The translations under genes were made by a program, and so were the position numbers. 64,000 bases of DNA from an uncultured virus (IMG/VR IMGVR_UViG_3300021376_000011). Lineage: Duplodnaviria; Heunggongvirae; Uroviricota; Caudoviricetes. The notes beneath the pieces are model-generated. The model was not told where the DNA came from. It made no database searches and saw nothing but the letters and a program-made list of their open reading frames with translations. The stretch lies in IMG/VR virus record IMGVR_UViG_3300021376_000011. The stretch is one strand, 5' to 3'. Shown here one piece after another: positions 47,080 through 57,226 of the stretch (positions are counted from its first letter, which is position 1; every line of letters begins with the position of its first letter).

Positions 47080-49173
47080 TTATCTTATTCCTCTGTCTCC
47101 ACCTGAAGATGTTAGTCCATATCTTCTCTTCATTCTAGTTACACCACTTCCAACACCAAAGTTGTACTGTTGCATACAGAATTTAAGTTGTTGTTTTTCT
47201 TTATCCGTAGCAGTTGCTTTACCCGCGGATTGGTCTCTATCGTTAATTGTGTCAAACAAATTTTTACAAGTTCTTCTATTTAAAGAGGCTTCAGGTTTAA
47301 CAGTTGTGTCTCCACCTGATGTTGGTTTTGGTGAAACAGTTCCACCACCCTGTACAGGTGGTGTTACGGTTGTTCCAGTACTAGCAATTGTAGTTCCTGT
47401 ATTAACCGTGGTACCTGTTTGTGATACTTTTTTACATTTACTGATAATTCCATTATATGTGATTTCATCAATAACATCCATACCAAATTTATTTCTCATT
47501 TGAGATAAAGTTAATGGCCCAAAATTACCCGTTTGGTATTTCGATTCCATCCCTAAACATCTTTGTACTTCTCTAATTTTTTCATTCTTACAACCAAATC
47601 TGAATGGGAACGCATCACATTGATAATATTTTATTGGTTGAGGCACTGGTATTGGTTTATCACCGTCACCGCCTCCACCTTCTTCTTTTTTCTTTTCACC
47701 ATCCCATGTAATTTCAATACCAGATAAATCTGCGGTTTGATTACCTCCTTGATTTTCACCACCACCTGTTTTACCAGATTCGATTTGTTTAATAAGTTCA
47801 TACATTTTATTTTTAGATAAAACTGAACTTGCTTGGAATGTTGCGATGTAATCTAATGATTTTTTTAACGAACCACTTCCTAATCCTGAGTCTTTATATA
47901 ATTGTAAGAAATCTTTTCCTTTTGGACTTTTTGCATATTTTGCCAATAATGTTCTTGCCTGTACCAAGTCACCACCCGAAACCGGAAAGTCTAACAAATC
48001 AATCATTGTCTCAACGTCGTTTGTCATTTCGGTTTCGGATTGTTCATTAATTACAAATGATTCAGGAATTGTTTGAATTTTACCTTGTTTACATTTCCAA
48101 TTACCTCTTTTAGATGCATCATCACTAATAACTCTACCATTCATGTAGAAATTTAACCCACCTAAACTATCGTATTCTGAGTTACCTGTGTTTTTAACAT
48201 AAACTATTGGGGAACCGTCAGATGATTCTTCAATTTGTGCAGAACCATTATCAATAAGGTTTCTTAAACATTCTGCCATTCCATCGATTAAATTTGGGTC
48301 AACTTTTTTACCCTCCTCATCAACAACAACAACGTCACTTCCGTCTGAATCGGTTAATAAAGAGTAAATGAAGTATGCACCACCGGCCAATAATGCCCAT
48401 TGTAATAATTTTTTAGTAACGGTAACTTTTTTAATACCATCTTCGATAACAGTTTTTTTCTTACCGAATTTTTCCCACATTTTTTTCAACCACTCGTGGT
48501 ATTTTTTACCACCACCAGCAATCATAACTTCTTTACCTTTTGAGATTTTAGAAGCTTCCTCAGCCGTCTTAGCAGCATCTTTACCCGCTCCTGTGGCTTT
48601 TTTGGTGGTATCACCAGCCCTTTTTGCGACTGCCTTGTCTACAGCTTTCGCGGTAACTTTAGTAGAACCACCCGCATCTTGTGCTGCTTTTTTCAACATA
48701 GCCTCAGCTTCTTTACCCTCAATACCAAATTTAGCCATTGTTTCTTGTGCTAACTTTAGTTTAGACGCATCTGCAGCCATTTGTGTTCCTTTTGGAAATA
48801 CTTGTTTTGCAATTTCCTTAAATTCAGGTTGAGTTCTTAAAAGTCCTTTCATTTTAATTGCAACTTCAGGAACATTCTTGATTGCATATTTTACAATTTC
48901 TGCAGACTCAACAGAGGTAATTTTACCAGCCTCAGCGGCTGCTTTAAATTCTGCGGCACTTTTAAATTTATTTCCAATTGCTGGAATTTCAGTTTTAAGT
49001 GTTTGCCATAACGCTTTTTCCACTTCAACTGTTCTTGCTAAGGTTTTTACCAAATCTTGGAACATTCTTAACTGTTCATTAAGAGGTTCTTCTGTTTTTG
49101 ATTTAACTTTATTATCAATTGACTCCATTAGAGTCAGATACTTTCTTATTAGGATTGCGTCTTTGTTTTCCAT
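47080..49173 (-). CDS. Large protein with a TM segment and a peptidoglycan-binding-like module
   Basis: LLQWALLAGGAYFIYSLL TM; FRFGCKNEKIREVQRCLG...TGNFGPLT. Confidence 0.6.
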   Translation of the reverse strand: MENKDAILIRKYLTLMESIDNKVKSKTEEPLNEQLRMFQDLVKTLARTVEVEKALWQTLKTEIPAIGNKFKSAAEFKAAAEAGKITSVESAEIVKYAIKNVPEVAIKMKGLLRTQPEFKEIAKQVFPKGTQMAADASKLKLAQETMAKFGIEGKEAEAMLKKAAQDAGGSTKVTAKAVDKAVAKRAGDTTKKATGAGKDAAKTAEEASKISKGKEVMIAGGGKKYHEWLKKMWEKFGKKKTVIEDGIKKVTVTKKLLQWALLAGGAYFIYSLLTDSDGSDVVVVDEEGKKVDPNLIDGMAECLRNLIDNGSAQIEESSDGSPIVYVKNTGNSEYDSLGGLNFYMNGRVISDDASKRGNWKCKQGKIQTIPESFVINEQSETEMTNDVETMIDLLDFPVSGGDLVQARTLLAKYAKSPKGKDFLQLYKDSGLGSGSLKKSLDYIATFQASSVLSKNKMYELIKQIESGKTGGGENQGGNQTADLSGIEITWDGEKKKEEGGGGDGDKPIPVPQPIKYYQCDAFPFRFGCKNEKIREVQRCLGMESKYQTGNFGPLTLSQMRNKFGMDVIDEITYNGIISKCKKVSQTGTTVNTGTTIASTGTTVTPPVQGGGTVSPKPTSGGDTTVKPEASLNRRTCKNLFDTINDRDQSAGKATATDKEKQQLKFCMQQYNFGVGSGVTRMKRRYGLTSSGGDRGIR

Positions 49174-49188
49174 TTTTTTATTTTTAAT

Positions 49189-50490
49189 TTATTGATTATC
49201 CATTTGTTTAAATTTATTGATTAAAGCCTGCATATCGGTTTGTGCCGCCTGTTTTAAGGTTTCGTCATTACTTGCGTATTGGGCAATTGCTTGGTCAGCT
49301 TTTGCTTTCTCTTGTTTTAATTTATTTTCATCTTCTTTAGCCTTACTTTCCGCATATTTCTCCACACCTTTCATACCAAGAGCAAATGCGGTACCTGTTT
49401 TAGCACCTTTAAATGCTGCCCTCTCTAATTCCGCTGCGGTTTTAGTTTTTAGTGCGGTTTTTAATGGATTAACAACATCAGTTTTAACACCTTGAACTAT
49501 TGTTTTACCAAGACCTGGCCCCTCTGCAGCTTTACTAAAGGCATTTTGTAGTTTTTTAACAACCTCACCAATTTTATTCTTAGCGATGTTTATCATTTCT
49601 GTTACCTTAGAACCACCCAAAGTTTTTGCCAACCATTCAATTGGTTTTAAAATCATATTACTAATGAAACTAACACCCTTTCCTAAAAGTTGTAATAATT
49701 GTTTGATACCAGGTAATTTTGCTAATTTAGCAATACTTCTACCTGTTGCTTTTATTGCACCACCTAAGGCCTTTGCAGCGCCACCTGTTAAAAGTAAACC
49801 AAGAAGACAAACACCAATATCAAGATAAGACCATATGCTATTTTCAATTTTACCTGTGAACAGTTGATATATTTTCCATATTCCAAGAGCGCCCCATAAG
49901 ATTGCTCCCGCGATTTTACCCACACCTATTGCCATTAATGCAACTTCAATACCAATGGTTACGGGATTCAATAAAAATGCTTCGAGTTTTTCAAAAAACC
50001 AAGGAAGTCCTTTATTTAAAATCCAAGAACCAGCTTGTTTGACTTTATCCCAAACATATGAAGCCCCTTGTTTGACTTTTCCCCACGTATCATCCAACCA
50101 TCCTTCCAACAATTCTGAAGGTGTGACAGGGAATACTTCTAACATTTTTGTTTTGACAAAATCCCAAGATTCCTCAATTGTTCTATATGTAGTCAGACTA
50201 AATTCTTCGGTTGATTCATAAATGAGATGCATACCAAATCTTATTTCATATTCCGAAACAATACCTCTATCGTGTGTGATTAGTGGGTATATTAATTGTT
50301 TCATCTTTGAAAACAAATCAGTAGATTCCATTAATTTATATTTGTAACTGTGTGTAAACTGATTTTTGAACATTTCACAAACAACGGATGGGTGGGCGTG
50401 ATTTAAATCAAATTTTATTCCCGTTTCTAAATCTACAACCATAGTTTCTAGTTGTACATATCTTCTATCTTTACTAACAGTAAAATCCAT
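49189..50490 (-). CDS. Putative membrane-inserting virion protein
   Basis: LLEGW site followed by amphipathic and Gly-rich hydrophobic helices. Confidence 0.55.
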   Translation of the reverse strand: MDFTVSKDRRYVQLETMVVDLETGIKFDLNHAHPSVVCEMFKNQFTHSYKYKLMESTDLFSKMKQLIYPLITHDRGIVSEYEIRFGMHLIYESTEEFSLTTYRTIEESWDFVKTKMLEVFPVTPSELLEGWLDDTWGKVKQGASYVWDKVKQAGSWILNKGLPWFFEKLEAFLLNPVTIGIEVALMAIGVGKIAGAILWGALGIWKIYQLFTGKIENSIWSYLDIGVCLLGLLLTGGAAKALGGAIKATGRSIAKLAKLPGIKQLLQLLGKGVSFISNMILKPIEWLAKTLGGSKVTEMINIAKNKIGEVVKKLQNAFSKAAEGPGLGKTIVQGVKTDVVNPLKTALKTKTAAELERAAFKGAKTGTAFALGMKGVEKYAESKAKEDENKLKQEKAKADQAIAQYASNDETLKQAAQTDMQALINKFKQMDNQ

Positions 50491-50531
50491 TTTTTTGTGT
50501 TTCTATATAATAAATATCATATAAATATCAT

Positions 50532-50786
50532 TTATTTGAGTGGATTTCCATGACCTCTTTTTAAAACTGAACCAACCACGTCCGACCATTTGGTCACACC
50601 AATTTGATTGCCAGGCCCTCTAGTTACACCGCTTTCCCATTTTCCAACCTCAGGATAACCTTGTTTGCTACCTGAACTACCAACACCACTGGACGGTTGT
50701 GCCGCGGATGGGTCATTACCTTGCTCATCTAATTGAGCACTATCTACAATTTTTTTATATTGTTTTTCTGAGATTATAATCTTCAT
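50532..50786 (-). CDS. Small late protein
   Basis: MKIIISEKQYKKI N-terminus, KWESGVTRGPGNQ; late motif at 50792. Confidence 0.6.
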   Translation of the reverse strand: MKIIISEKQYKKIVDSAQLDEQGNDPSAAQPSSGVGSSGSKQGYPEVGKWESGVTRGPGNQIGVTKWSDVVGSVLKRGHGNPLK

Positions 50787-50870
50787 ATCCTTATAAATAG
50801 TAAAAAAAATCTTTAAAAATTTATTGTATAGTATAAAAATATACCTATTTTAGCTGAAATTTTAAATATC

Positions 50871-51461
50871 ATGAAAAATTTATTTTATGTTTTTATTTTA
50901 CTATTACTTACAAGTTGTCAGAAATATGAAGAAGTAAGTGAACCAATTTTGTACATGGGTGGTGGTAAATGGACTTTTGTTGATTATGATGTTGTTGTAA
51001 TAAGTTCCCAAAGTCAAGTTGAGCTTATAAAAAACGACACCATTTGTATCAATTCGTTTAATCAACAAAGTTTTATTAGTGGAGGGACTTTAATGTCACA
51101 AAATTATAAAAACACCGCGTTGTCACGTAGGTTTATTAAGAATAAAACGATGTGGGAGTTTGATGGATATAATTTGTATTGTGATTGGTCGTTTCAACCA
51201 GGAGGTCAAAAACCCTCTCATGAACCATTTTGGGTTACTTACCCATCAAATGGTTTGTACACAAACTACACAAGGATGTCAATTTTAGACCATACTCTTG
51301 GTTTAAAAACCGATTACACTTTTAAAACGAATAATGTTGGGGTTGCACCACCAAATGAATTAATTTTAATGAGCCCTGAAATAATTACGGATTTATATCT
51401 TTCAGATGGGACAAGAGAAAGGGCGGTTACTGTGAAAGTAATTTTAACCTTTTTAAGATAA
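50871..51461 (+). CDS. Lipoprotein
   Basis: MKNLFYVFILLLLTS-C signal/lipobox followed by QKYEE. Confidence 0.75.
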   Translation: MKNLFYVFILLLLTSCQKYEEVSEPILYMGGGKWTFVDYDVVVISSQSQVELIKNDTICINSFNQQSFISGGTLMSQNYKNTALSRRFIKNKTMWEFDGYNLYCDWSFQPGGQKPSHEPFWVTYPSNGLYTNYTRMSILDHTLGLKTDYTFKTNNVGVAPPNELILMSPEIITDLYLSDGTRERAVTVKVILTFLR

Positions 51462-51462
51462 T

Positions 51463-51831
51463 TTACTCATCATATATTGTATTATCTTTCTTGGAAAACA
51501 TCTTTATGTATTGTCCAGCTTTAGAATTGGCTTCATCTTCAATTTCACCCCCTATGTCAGGTGGTTGTACTTTTAGTCTACCTTGTTCATATTGTTTATG
51601 GTGAATCATTTCGTGAGCGATACTTCTTAACACGTCAACCAAAGCTCTATTTTTAACATTAACTCGAATTATTTTTGGGTCCTTTAAATAATTGTAACTC
51701 GCTGTGGTTTTTAGTTCACCTCTACCATTTTGTAAAATAACAACAGGGCACTTCTCTAAGTTTAGTTCGATTTTAACAAACTTAACAAACTCACTAATTT
51801 TATCTTTTTTTTTGTCACTTAAAAAATCCAT
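51463..51831 (-). CDS. Small HExxH zinc-metallopeptidase-like protein
   Basis: LRSIAHEMIHHKQ...EDEANSKAG. Confidence 0.7.
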   Translation of the reverse strand: MDFLSDKKKDKISEFVKFVKIELNLEKCPVVILQNGRGELKTTASYNYLKDPKIIRVNVKNRALVDVLRSIAHEMIHHKQYEQGRLKVQPPDIGGEIEDEANSKAGQYIKMFSKKDNTIYDE

Positions 51832-51911
51832 ATTAATAAATATTGTTGGTATGGTAATTTATCATTGAAAAAAAAAATTGAATTAATATCTTATTTCAAA
51901 TAATTACTGAT

Positions 51912-52247
51912 ATGATGGATTGGTATACCATTAAATATTTATATCCGAGAGCGTTAAACATCTTTTCTAAAATGATGTTTCCTAACGTTGGTTTACCATG
52001 CTTATCGGTTCTTCGATATTACGACATTAAGAAATTGTACAAATTTTTTGATAAAAACGGTATCTATCTTACTGTAGAAATGATGACAAGGAATAATTGG
52101 GTTTATAGTTTGTCATTAAATGATGGCAAGATATTTTTTCCTTGTCAAGACTCTCAATCAAATAGAGAATTGATTGAAGTAGAGGGTTTTTATGAATGTT
52201 TTAGATTATTAGAATCAAAACTGAAAGATGTCAATTATCCTTTTTAG
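51912..52247 (+). CDS. Hypothetical protein
   Basis: 111-aa ORF. Confidence 0.55.
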   Translation: MMDWYTIKYLYPRALNIFSKMMFPNVGLPCLSVLRYYDIKKLYKFFDKNGIYLTVEMMTRNNWVYSLSLNDGKIFFPCQDSQSNRELIEVEGFYECFRLLESKLKDVNYPF

Positions 52248-52461
52248 AAGATAATGTTCGAGTAAAAAATATATACGATAACCAAAAACATCCTGAAATA
52301 AAGTAAAAAATTATATCTGCAACCCAATACGAGCCAGTGACCTCCATCAACAACTTGAATGAAGCGTCGTACCCAAATGGGAGAAAGAACATCGCTAACA
52401 TTAGAGATGTATCTCGATAAAGGGTCAATCTTGTCTCCTTGTGTTTCAGTTTGTGTATCAC
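52231..52461 (-). CDS. Small two-TM membrane protein
   Basis: MLAMFFLPFGYD...GSYWVADIIFYFISGCFWLSYIFF; the overlapping frame 52244-52474 is an alternative. Confidence 0.45.
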   Translation of the reverse strand: MIHKLKHKETRLTLYRDTSLMLAMFFLPFGYDASFKLLMEVTGSYWVADIIFYFISGCFWLSYIFFTRTLSSKKDN

Positions 52462-52517
52462 TATCGGGGTCCATATAGGTGTATTAAAATACTTATGACT
52501 ATTAGTCGGGGTTTATA

Positions 52518-53450
52518 TTAAATATTCGGATAATCTAACATTTTTTTAATACCATCTTTTAATTGTATAAAATTATTATAATTTGTACAATTTTTTAATT
52601 CATCTAAATCAGGTTTTCTCCATTTAGTATCGTTCTTCCAACCTTCTTTATAGATAACGTTGAACTCAATACCCATGATTTCGTGAATTACTTTTGATAA
52701 TTCATTTATTGTCACCTCTTCGTCAAAACCAATATTTAAAATTTTATCATTAACATTTTCAATCAATTGATTCATTATGTCGGTATGGTTTGTAACATAA
52801 CAAAAAGAACGAGTTTGTTTACCATCACCAAACAAGTAAAATTGTTCGCTCGATTTAATTCTTTCTATAAATTCAGGTATAACTTGTCCGTAACCGTTTG
52901 TTGCCATTCTTGGTCCATAGGTATTGAATGGTCTAACGATTAGATAATTTTTTTGATTTTCCCTAGCCCATAATCTAACCAAATACTCACCTATTGCTTT
53001 TGATGACGCATAAGAATCTCTATCGGATAATGAATCTAAAATTATATATTCAGTTTCTTTTGTTGGGACTTTAGGTTCGGGACCATATACTTCAGAAGAC
53101 GACGCATAAACAACTTTTCTAACTGACTTTCCACAGGATTCTAAAATGTTTTGTGTTAAAAGAATATTATCATTACAAACTTTGTACGGTATGTCATAAA
53201 AATACTTTGTTCCGTTGATTGCTGCATAGTGTACAACAATTTCAGGATACTCGGTATTCATCATAATCTTTGTTTGACTTAAATTCCTTAAATCAATTTC
53301 GTAAAACCTAAAATTATCATGAATCGGTAAATTTGATTTTTTACCTCTGAAAAAATTATCAACACCAATAACTTGATGTCCATTACTTAAAAGAGAATCA
53401 CATAAATGTGAACCTAAAAATCCAGCGGCTCCTGTGACTAAAATTCTCAC
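52518..53450 (-). CDS. NAD-dependent epimerase/decarboxylase (UDP-glucuronate decarboxylase-like)
   Basis: VTGAAGFLGSH, ASSSEVYG, YASSK, RPFNTYGPRM, GDGKQTRSFCYV. Confidence 0.9.
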   Translation of the reverse strand: MRILVTGAAGFLGSHLCDSLLSNGHQVIGVDNFFRGKKSNLPIHDNFRFYEIDLRNLSQTKIMMNTEYPEIVVHYAAINGTKYFYDIPYKVCNDNILLTQNILESCGKSVRKVVYASSSEVYGPEPKVPTKETEYIILDSLSDRDSYASSKAIGEYLVRLWARENQKNYLIVRPFNTYGPRMATNGYGQVIPEFIERIKSSEQFYLFGDGKQTRSFCYVTNHTDIMNQLIENVNDKILNIGFDEEVTINELSKVIHEIMGIEFNVIYKEGWKNDTKWRKPDLDELKNCTNYNNFIQLKDGIKKMLDYPNI

Positions 53451-54248
53451 TTATTTTCTCATCCCTTTTGGGACCTTTTTTATAAATTTATCATTTTCCT
53501 CATCAATAAATTTGAAAATGTCAACATCGATATTATATTTTTTACAAAGAACTTTCATAGCTTTGGTGTCCTTAGGTAAACAAGGGCCCGCGTATCCACC
53601 AAACTCTTCATTTACGTTCAAATAATGACTTTCACCCACTCCGTGAAATAAAAACGCATCTTTAATCGCGCCATAATTAGCTCCAAAATGTTGACAAACT
53701 TTGTGGAATGAATTCGCAAATGTAATTTTTGTTGCTTTATAAGTGTTTGAAAAATACTTCATTAATTCAGCTTCAACAATTTTCATTTTTACCCTATGAA
53801 TAGGTAAATTACCATGACTTTCAACAATTAAGTTATAATCGATATCATTTTCAGTCCCAACTACAAGTATGTTATTATTAAATACAAAATCATTATATGC
53901 GCATCTTTCTTTTAAAAATTCCGGTACAAAAACAAATCTACAATTTGGATAAACTAATTTTAATTTATTAGTTGTTCCAGGTTCTACCGTGCTTTTTATT
54001 GCAATTAAACCGTTATAGTTTAATTCATCTAATTGACTCACCACACTGCTTACCGCGGATAAATCACATTCTTCATTTAAACCAATTATCGTACTAACCG
54101 TTAAGTATACGATTTCACAACCTAAAACATCCTCTATTTTTGTCTCAGGCATTTTTATATCGTAAATAGATACTTCGTGTCCAATATATTCAAACCCATC
54201 TTTAATTGCTTGACCCACAACACCAATACCAATGACTCCAATTTTCAT
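53451..54248 (-). CDS. UDP-glucose/GDP-mannose dehydrogenase family (short form)
   Basis: GIGVVG, IKSTVEPGT, PEFLKE, AELMKYFSN, GYAGPCLPKD. Confidence 0.9.
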   Translation of the reverse strand: MKIGVIGIGVVGQAIKDGFEYIGHEVSIYDIKMPETKIEDVLGCEIVYLTVSTIIGLNEECDLSAVSSVVSQLDELNYNGLIAIKSTVEPGTTNKLKLVYPNCRFVFVPEFLKERCAYNDFVFNNNILVVGTENDIDYNLIVESHGNLPIHRVKMKIVEAELMKYFSNTYKATKITFANSFHKVCQHFGANYGAIKDAFLFHGVGESHYLNVNEEFGGYAGPCLPKDTKAMKVLCKKYNIDVDIFKFIDEENDKFIKKVPKGMRK

Positions 54249-54253
54249 AAAAT

Positions 54254-55963
54254 TTAATTTTCTCTTCTTTCGTCGGGTTGATAGTGTTTAATTCTATCAT
54301 GCCAAATCGGTGACGCTAATAATACCGCAGGTCTTAGTTTATTTTCTTTTGTTAATTGATACATATATGACATCCACGTTTGTTCAAATGGATGTGCCCA
54401 TTTTGTTTCTATGAACATTTTATAATTACCTTCTTTACTAACAATCATTGGCCAATTTGCATAATAAATTTCACCGTCGATATAAGATAATCCATCCATA
54501 CTTTTAATATTCTTAAAATTAGTTAATGGTACATTTGGGTCTAAACCTGTCACAGGTAATTTATCATAGTTGGGCCAATCTCTTGTTCTAATTGTTTGTG
54601 GCACATTGTACCAAGAACATTGTTTGTCGTTATCAAAATATACTTCAGTAAATGACAATTTAAGAAAATCAAATTGTTCTTTTAACATTATTCTGTGAAC
54701 CAAATTGTAAAGATTGGGGATGTATTTTCTAAATCCGTTTCTACAAAATTGACCTTCAATTTCAGGAGGATTAACGGTCATATCGTCTTCAAAAAAGAAC
54801 ATAAAATCAGCATCAGAATTATGAAAATGTTCTGACGCCGCTTGTCTACCTCCACAAATACCGGTGTTACCCCCTAAACTAACATATTCAAATTTAAAAC
54901 TTTCAGCGATTTCCCTATTTTTATCTCGAGATTCTTGGGTTGTTGAATTATCGAGTAAAACTAAATGCGGTCTATTTAACCAATCGGGCGTTTTTTCCAT
55001 TGATGTAATGGTGTGTAAAACCTGCTCAGCGAAATTAAATGTTAAGACGTATAAATTTGTTTTAACCTTTTCAACATCCCTATCTGTGTACTTAATAAAT
55101 TTTTGGGATTGGGTTATTTTAGGTGCAACGATATCTACTTTTTTATCAATAATCGCTTGGGTAAATTTCACAATCAAACCATTACCATCTAATTCAAATC
55201 TTTTGTACAAGTGAGGTTCATTGTATGACATCAAAGTAAAGACACTTTCCTCTGTTCCCATGTAACCCGTATTCAATGTGTTAGTCAAGATTGAATAATA
55301 TGTTGCATTTGCTTCGTGTATTTGTTGTTTGTGTCCACCGAACAAACCACCTCGACAAACATATTCTACCTTCGTTCGTGCAATCTTATTCATTTCAGTA
55401 AAAGTGAAACCATGAATTTCATTTTCGGCTTGATATGGATAACTTAAAAATAAAAATGGATTACCATATTCAGGTAATTTATTTAAGATGTTATTTTCAG
55501 TTATATGTGTGTGAGGCACAGTATTTGTAATTCCCGCATCTAACCAAAAGAAATACTCAGTGTCAAATGGATTCCAAATTGACGCGTCATTTAACATAAA
55601 CATTTTAGATTGAACTATTGGGTTATAGTATTCCAAAACTGCTTGTGGTGAACCCGATAACCAACCAGCTTGATTTAACCAATCAGGACATGTCCTTATT
55701 TCTTGAGTTTTATTCCAAAAAGGGTCGTATAATCTTTTTATATCTTCCAATTCGGTTATTCGTACATATGTATTCTCTCTACTTCGTTTTTCCCAAACCA
55801 AATATTCATATTCCGCTGGTATATAAATGAATAAATTTTGTGGAATATCTAAGAACATTTTGAAGTGTTCAATATAATGTGTAAAATCCCTCCCCGGTCT
55901 ACCAATATTCCATAAACCAGTAACAATAGTTAAATTTTTATTAATCTCTTGATTCATCACCAA
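54254..55963 (-). CDS. HtrL/YibB-like glycosyltransferase fused to a GT2-like domain
   Basis: TIVTGLWNIGR...SKMFML...FWLDAG...GGLFGG...GTEE; second domain LDNS...NTGICGGR...FFEDD. Confidence 0.7.
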   Translation of the reverse strand: MVMNQEINKNLTIVTGLWNIGRPGRDFTHYIEHFKMFLDIPQNLFIYIPAEYEYLVWEKRSRENTYVRITELEDIKRLYDPFWNKTQEIRTCPDWLNQAGWLSGSPQAVLEYYNPIVQSKMFMLNDASIWNPFDTEYFFWLDAGITNTVPHTHITENNILNKLPEYGNPFLFLSYPYQAENEIHGFTFTEMNKIARTKVEYVCRGGLFGGHKQQIHEANATYYSILTNTLNTGYMGTEESVFTLMSYNEPHLYKRFELDGNGLIVKFTQAIIDKKVDIVAPKITQSQKFIKYTDRDVEKVKTNLYVLTFNFAEQVLHTITSMEKTPDWLNRPHLVLLDNSTTQESRDKNREIAESFKFEYVSLGGNTGICGGRQAASEHFHNSDADFMFFFEDDMTVNPPEIEGQFCRNGFRKYIPNLYNLVHRIMLKEQFDFLKLSFTEVYFDNDKQCSWYNVPQTIRTRDWPNYDKLPVTGLDPNVPLTNFKNIKSMDGLSYIDGEIYYANWPMIVSKEGNYKMFIETKWAHPFEQTWMSYMYQLTKENKLRPAVLLASPIWHDRIKHYQPDERREN

Positions 55964-55976
55964 CTCTTTATTTATT

Positions 55977-56753
55977 TCATTTGTTTCGTAATCTGTTATA
56001 CGTGTTTTTTATTCCTTGTTCTAATCCAACATACTCAATTCCTAAATCAATAAAATTTCCGCAATATTTTTTACCTATTATAGAGTCGTTAAGGGTTGGT
56101 GATTTGAACTCACCTAAATTATTTATCATCTGTAGAATTTCTATAGTTTTAAAGGTTTTATTGTAAGTACATTCATGAATTTTTGGTAGAATATCTTTAT
56201 CACTAAAGATAAAATATTTTACCAACCTTGTAAAGTCTTCCATATAAAAAAAATCCATTTCTTTATTTTCATATAAAACAAATGGCTCCTCCTTGATGTA
56301 TCTTACTATATTCGACTTTATAAATCTTGTGTCAATCTCGTTTTCATCAAAAACTGCAAACAATCTTATATTAAAAAAATTATCTTTTTCTAAAATGGAA
56401 TTATGGATAACTTTTTTACTTAAACCATATGGTGACTCACTATTGAAAATTTCTGCACCCGAACCCAAATTAATAAATCTATCAAACCGATTTTTACAAC
56501 CTAAAAGATTAAAATACATCTTCAAATTCTCATCCATTATTTGAAAATCATCTTTTTTTAGTCTACTTCCTCCAATTACTGCGCAATGTAAAACAACATC
56601 GAAATATTTGTCTGAAAAAAATTTCAAAGTTTCAAAAGAGTCGGTTAAATCAAAATCTTTTCTCGATATCCCAACAACATTAAATTGATTTTTTAAACTT
56701 TCAAACAATGATTTACCTATGTATCCATTTGCTCCTGTAATTAGTATTCTCAT
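55977..56753 (-). CDS. NAD-dependent sugar epimerase/reductase
   Basis: ITGANGYIG, HCA, GSGAE, YGLSK. Confidence 0.85.
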   Translation of the reverse strand: MRILITGANGYIGKSLFESLKNQFNVVGISRKDFDLTDSFETLKFFSDKYFDVVLHCAVIGGSRLKKDDFQIMDENLKMYFNLLGCKNRFDRFINLGSGAEIFNSESPYGLSKKVIHNSILEKDNFFNIRLFAVFDENEIDTRFIKSNIVRYIKEEPFVLYENKEMDFFYMEDFTRLVKYFIFSDKDILPKIHECTYNKTFKTIEILQMINNLGEFKSPTLNDSIIGKKYCGNFIDLGIEYVGLEQGIKNTYNRLRNK

Positions 56754-57226
56754 TTTTTTAAATTAATATAAACAGGAGAATTATTATTAACAGCAAAATT
56801 AAAATCATTTTCTAATTCATCCTGAGTATGTGGTTTAAATAATTTAAGATTTTCAAATATGCTTAGAGCAGCTAAATCTTCACTAGCCCAATGTGAGAAT
56901 CCTAAATAACCATAATCTTCATTTCTACCACCACCTAATATCTTTACAGGAATATTTTCATGATTAACGTAATTTCTAATCATTTCAAATGGTCTATAAA
57001 TAGCAAACGGTGTAATTGAATATACAAATGGTATTTTATTTTCCATCGCTAGTCCAATAGCTATGCCCATCATAGCCATTTCAGATGACCCCACATTAAA
57101 AAATCTATCAGGAAATATATTCATAATGTCATCCCATAAACCATAACCTAAATCACCTGTAATAAGATAAATATCAGGATTAGATTTCATTTCATTAAGC
57201 AATAATTTAGCAAATTCTCGTCTCAT
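56750..57226 (-). CDS. Transketolase-like, pyrimidine-binding subunit
   Basis: TGDLGYG, FFNVGSSEMAMMGIAIGLA, RPFEMIR, GFSH. Confidence 0.88.
   Translation of the reverse strand: MRREFAKLLLNEMKSNPDIYLITGDLGYGLWDDIMNIFPDRFFNVGSSEMAMMGIAIGLAMENKIPFVYSITPFAIYRPFEMIRNYVNHENIPVKILGGGRNEDYGYLGFSHWASEDLAALSIFENLKLFKPHTQDELENDFNFAVNNNSPVYINLKK

Noticed and set aside
47162..50221. Several 70-150 aa plus-strand ORFs
   Set aside because: Antisense shadows of long minus-strand genes, with no promoter or family motifs
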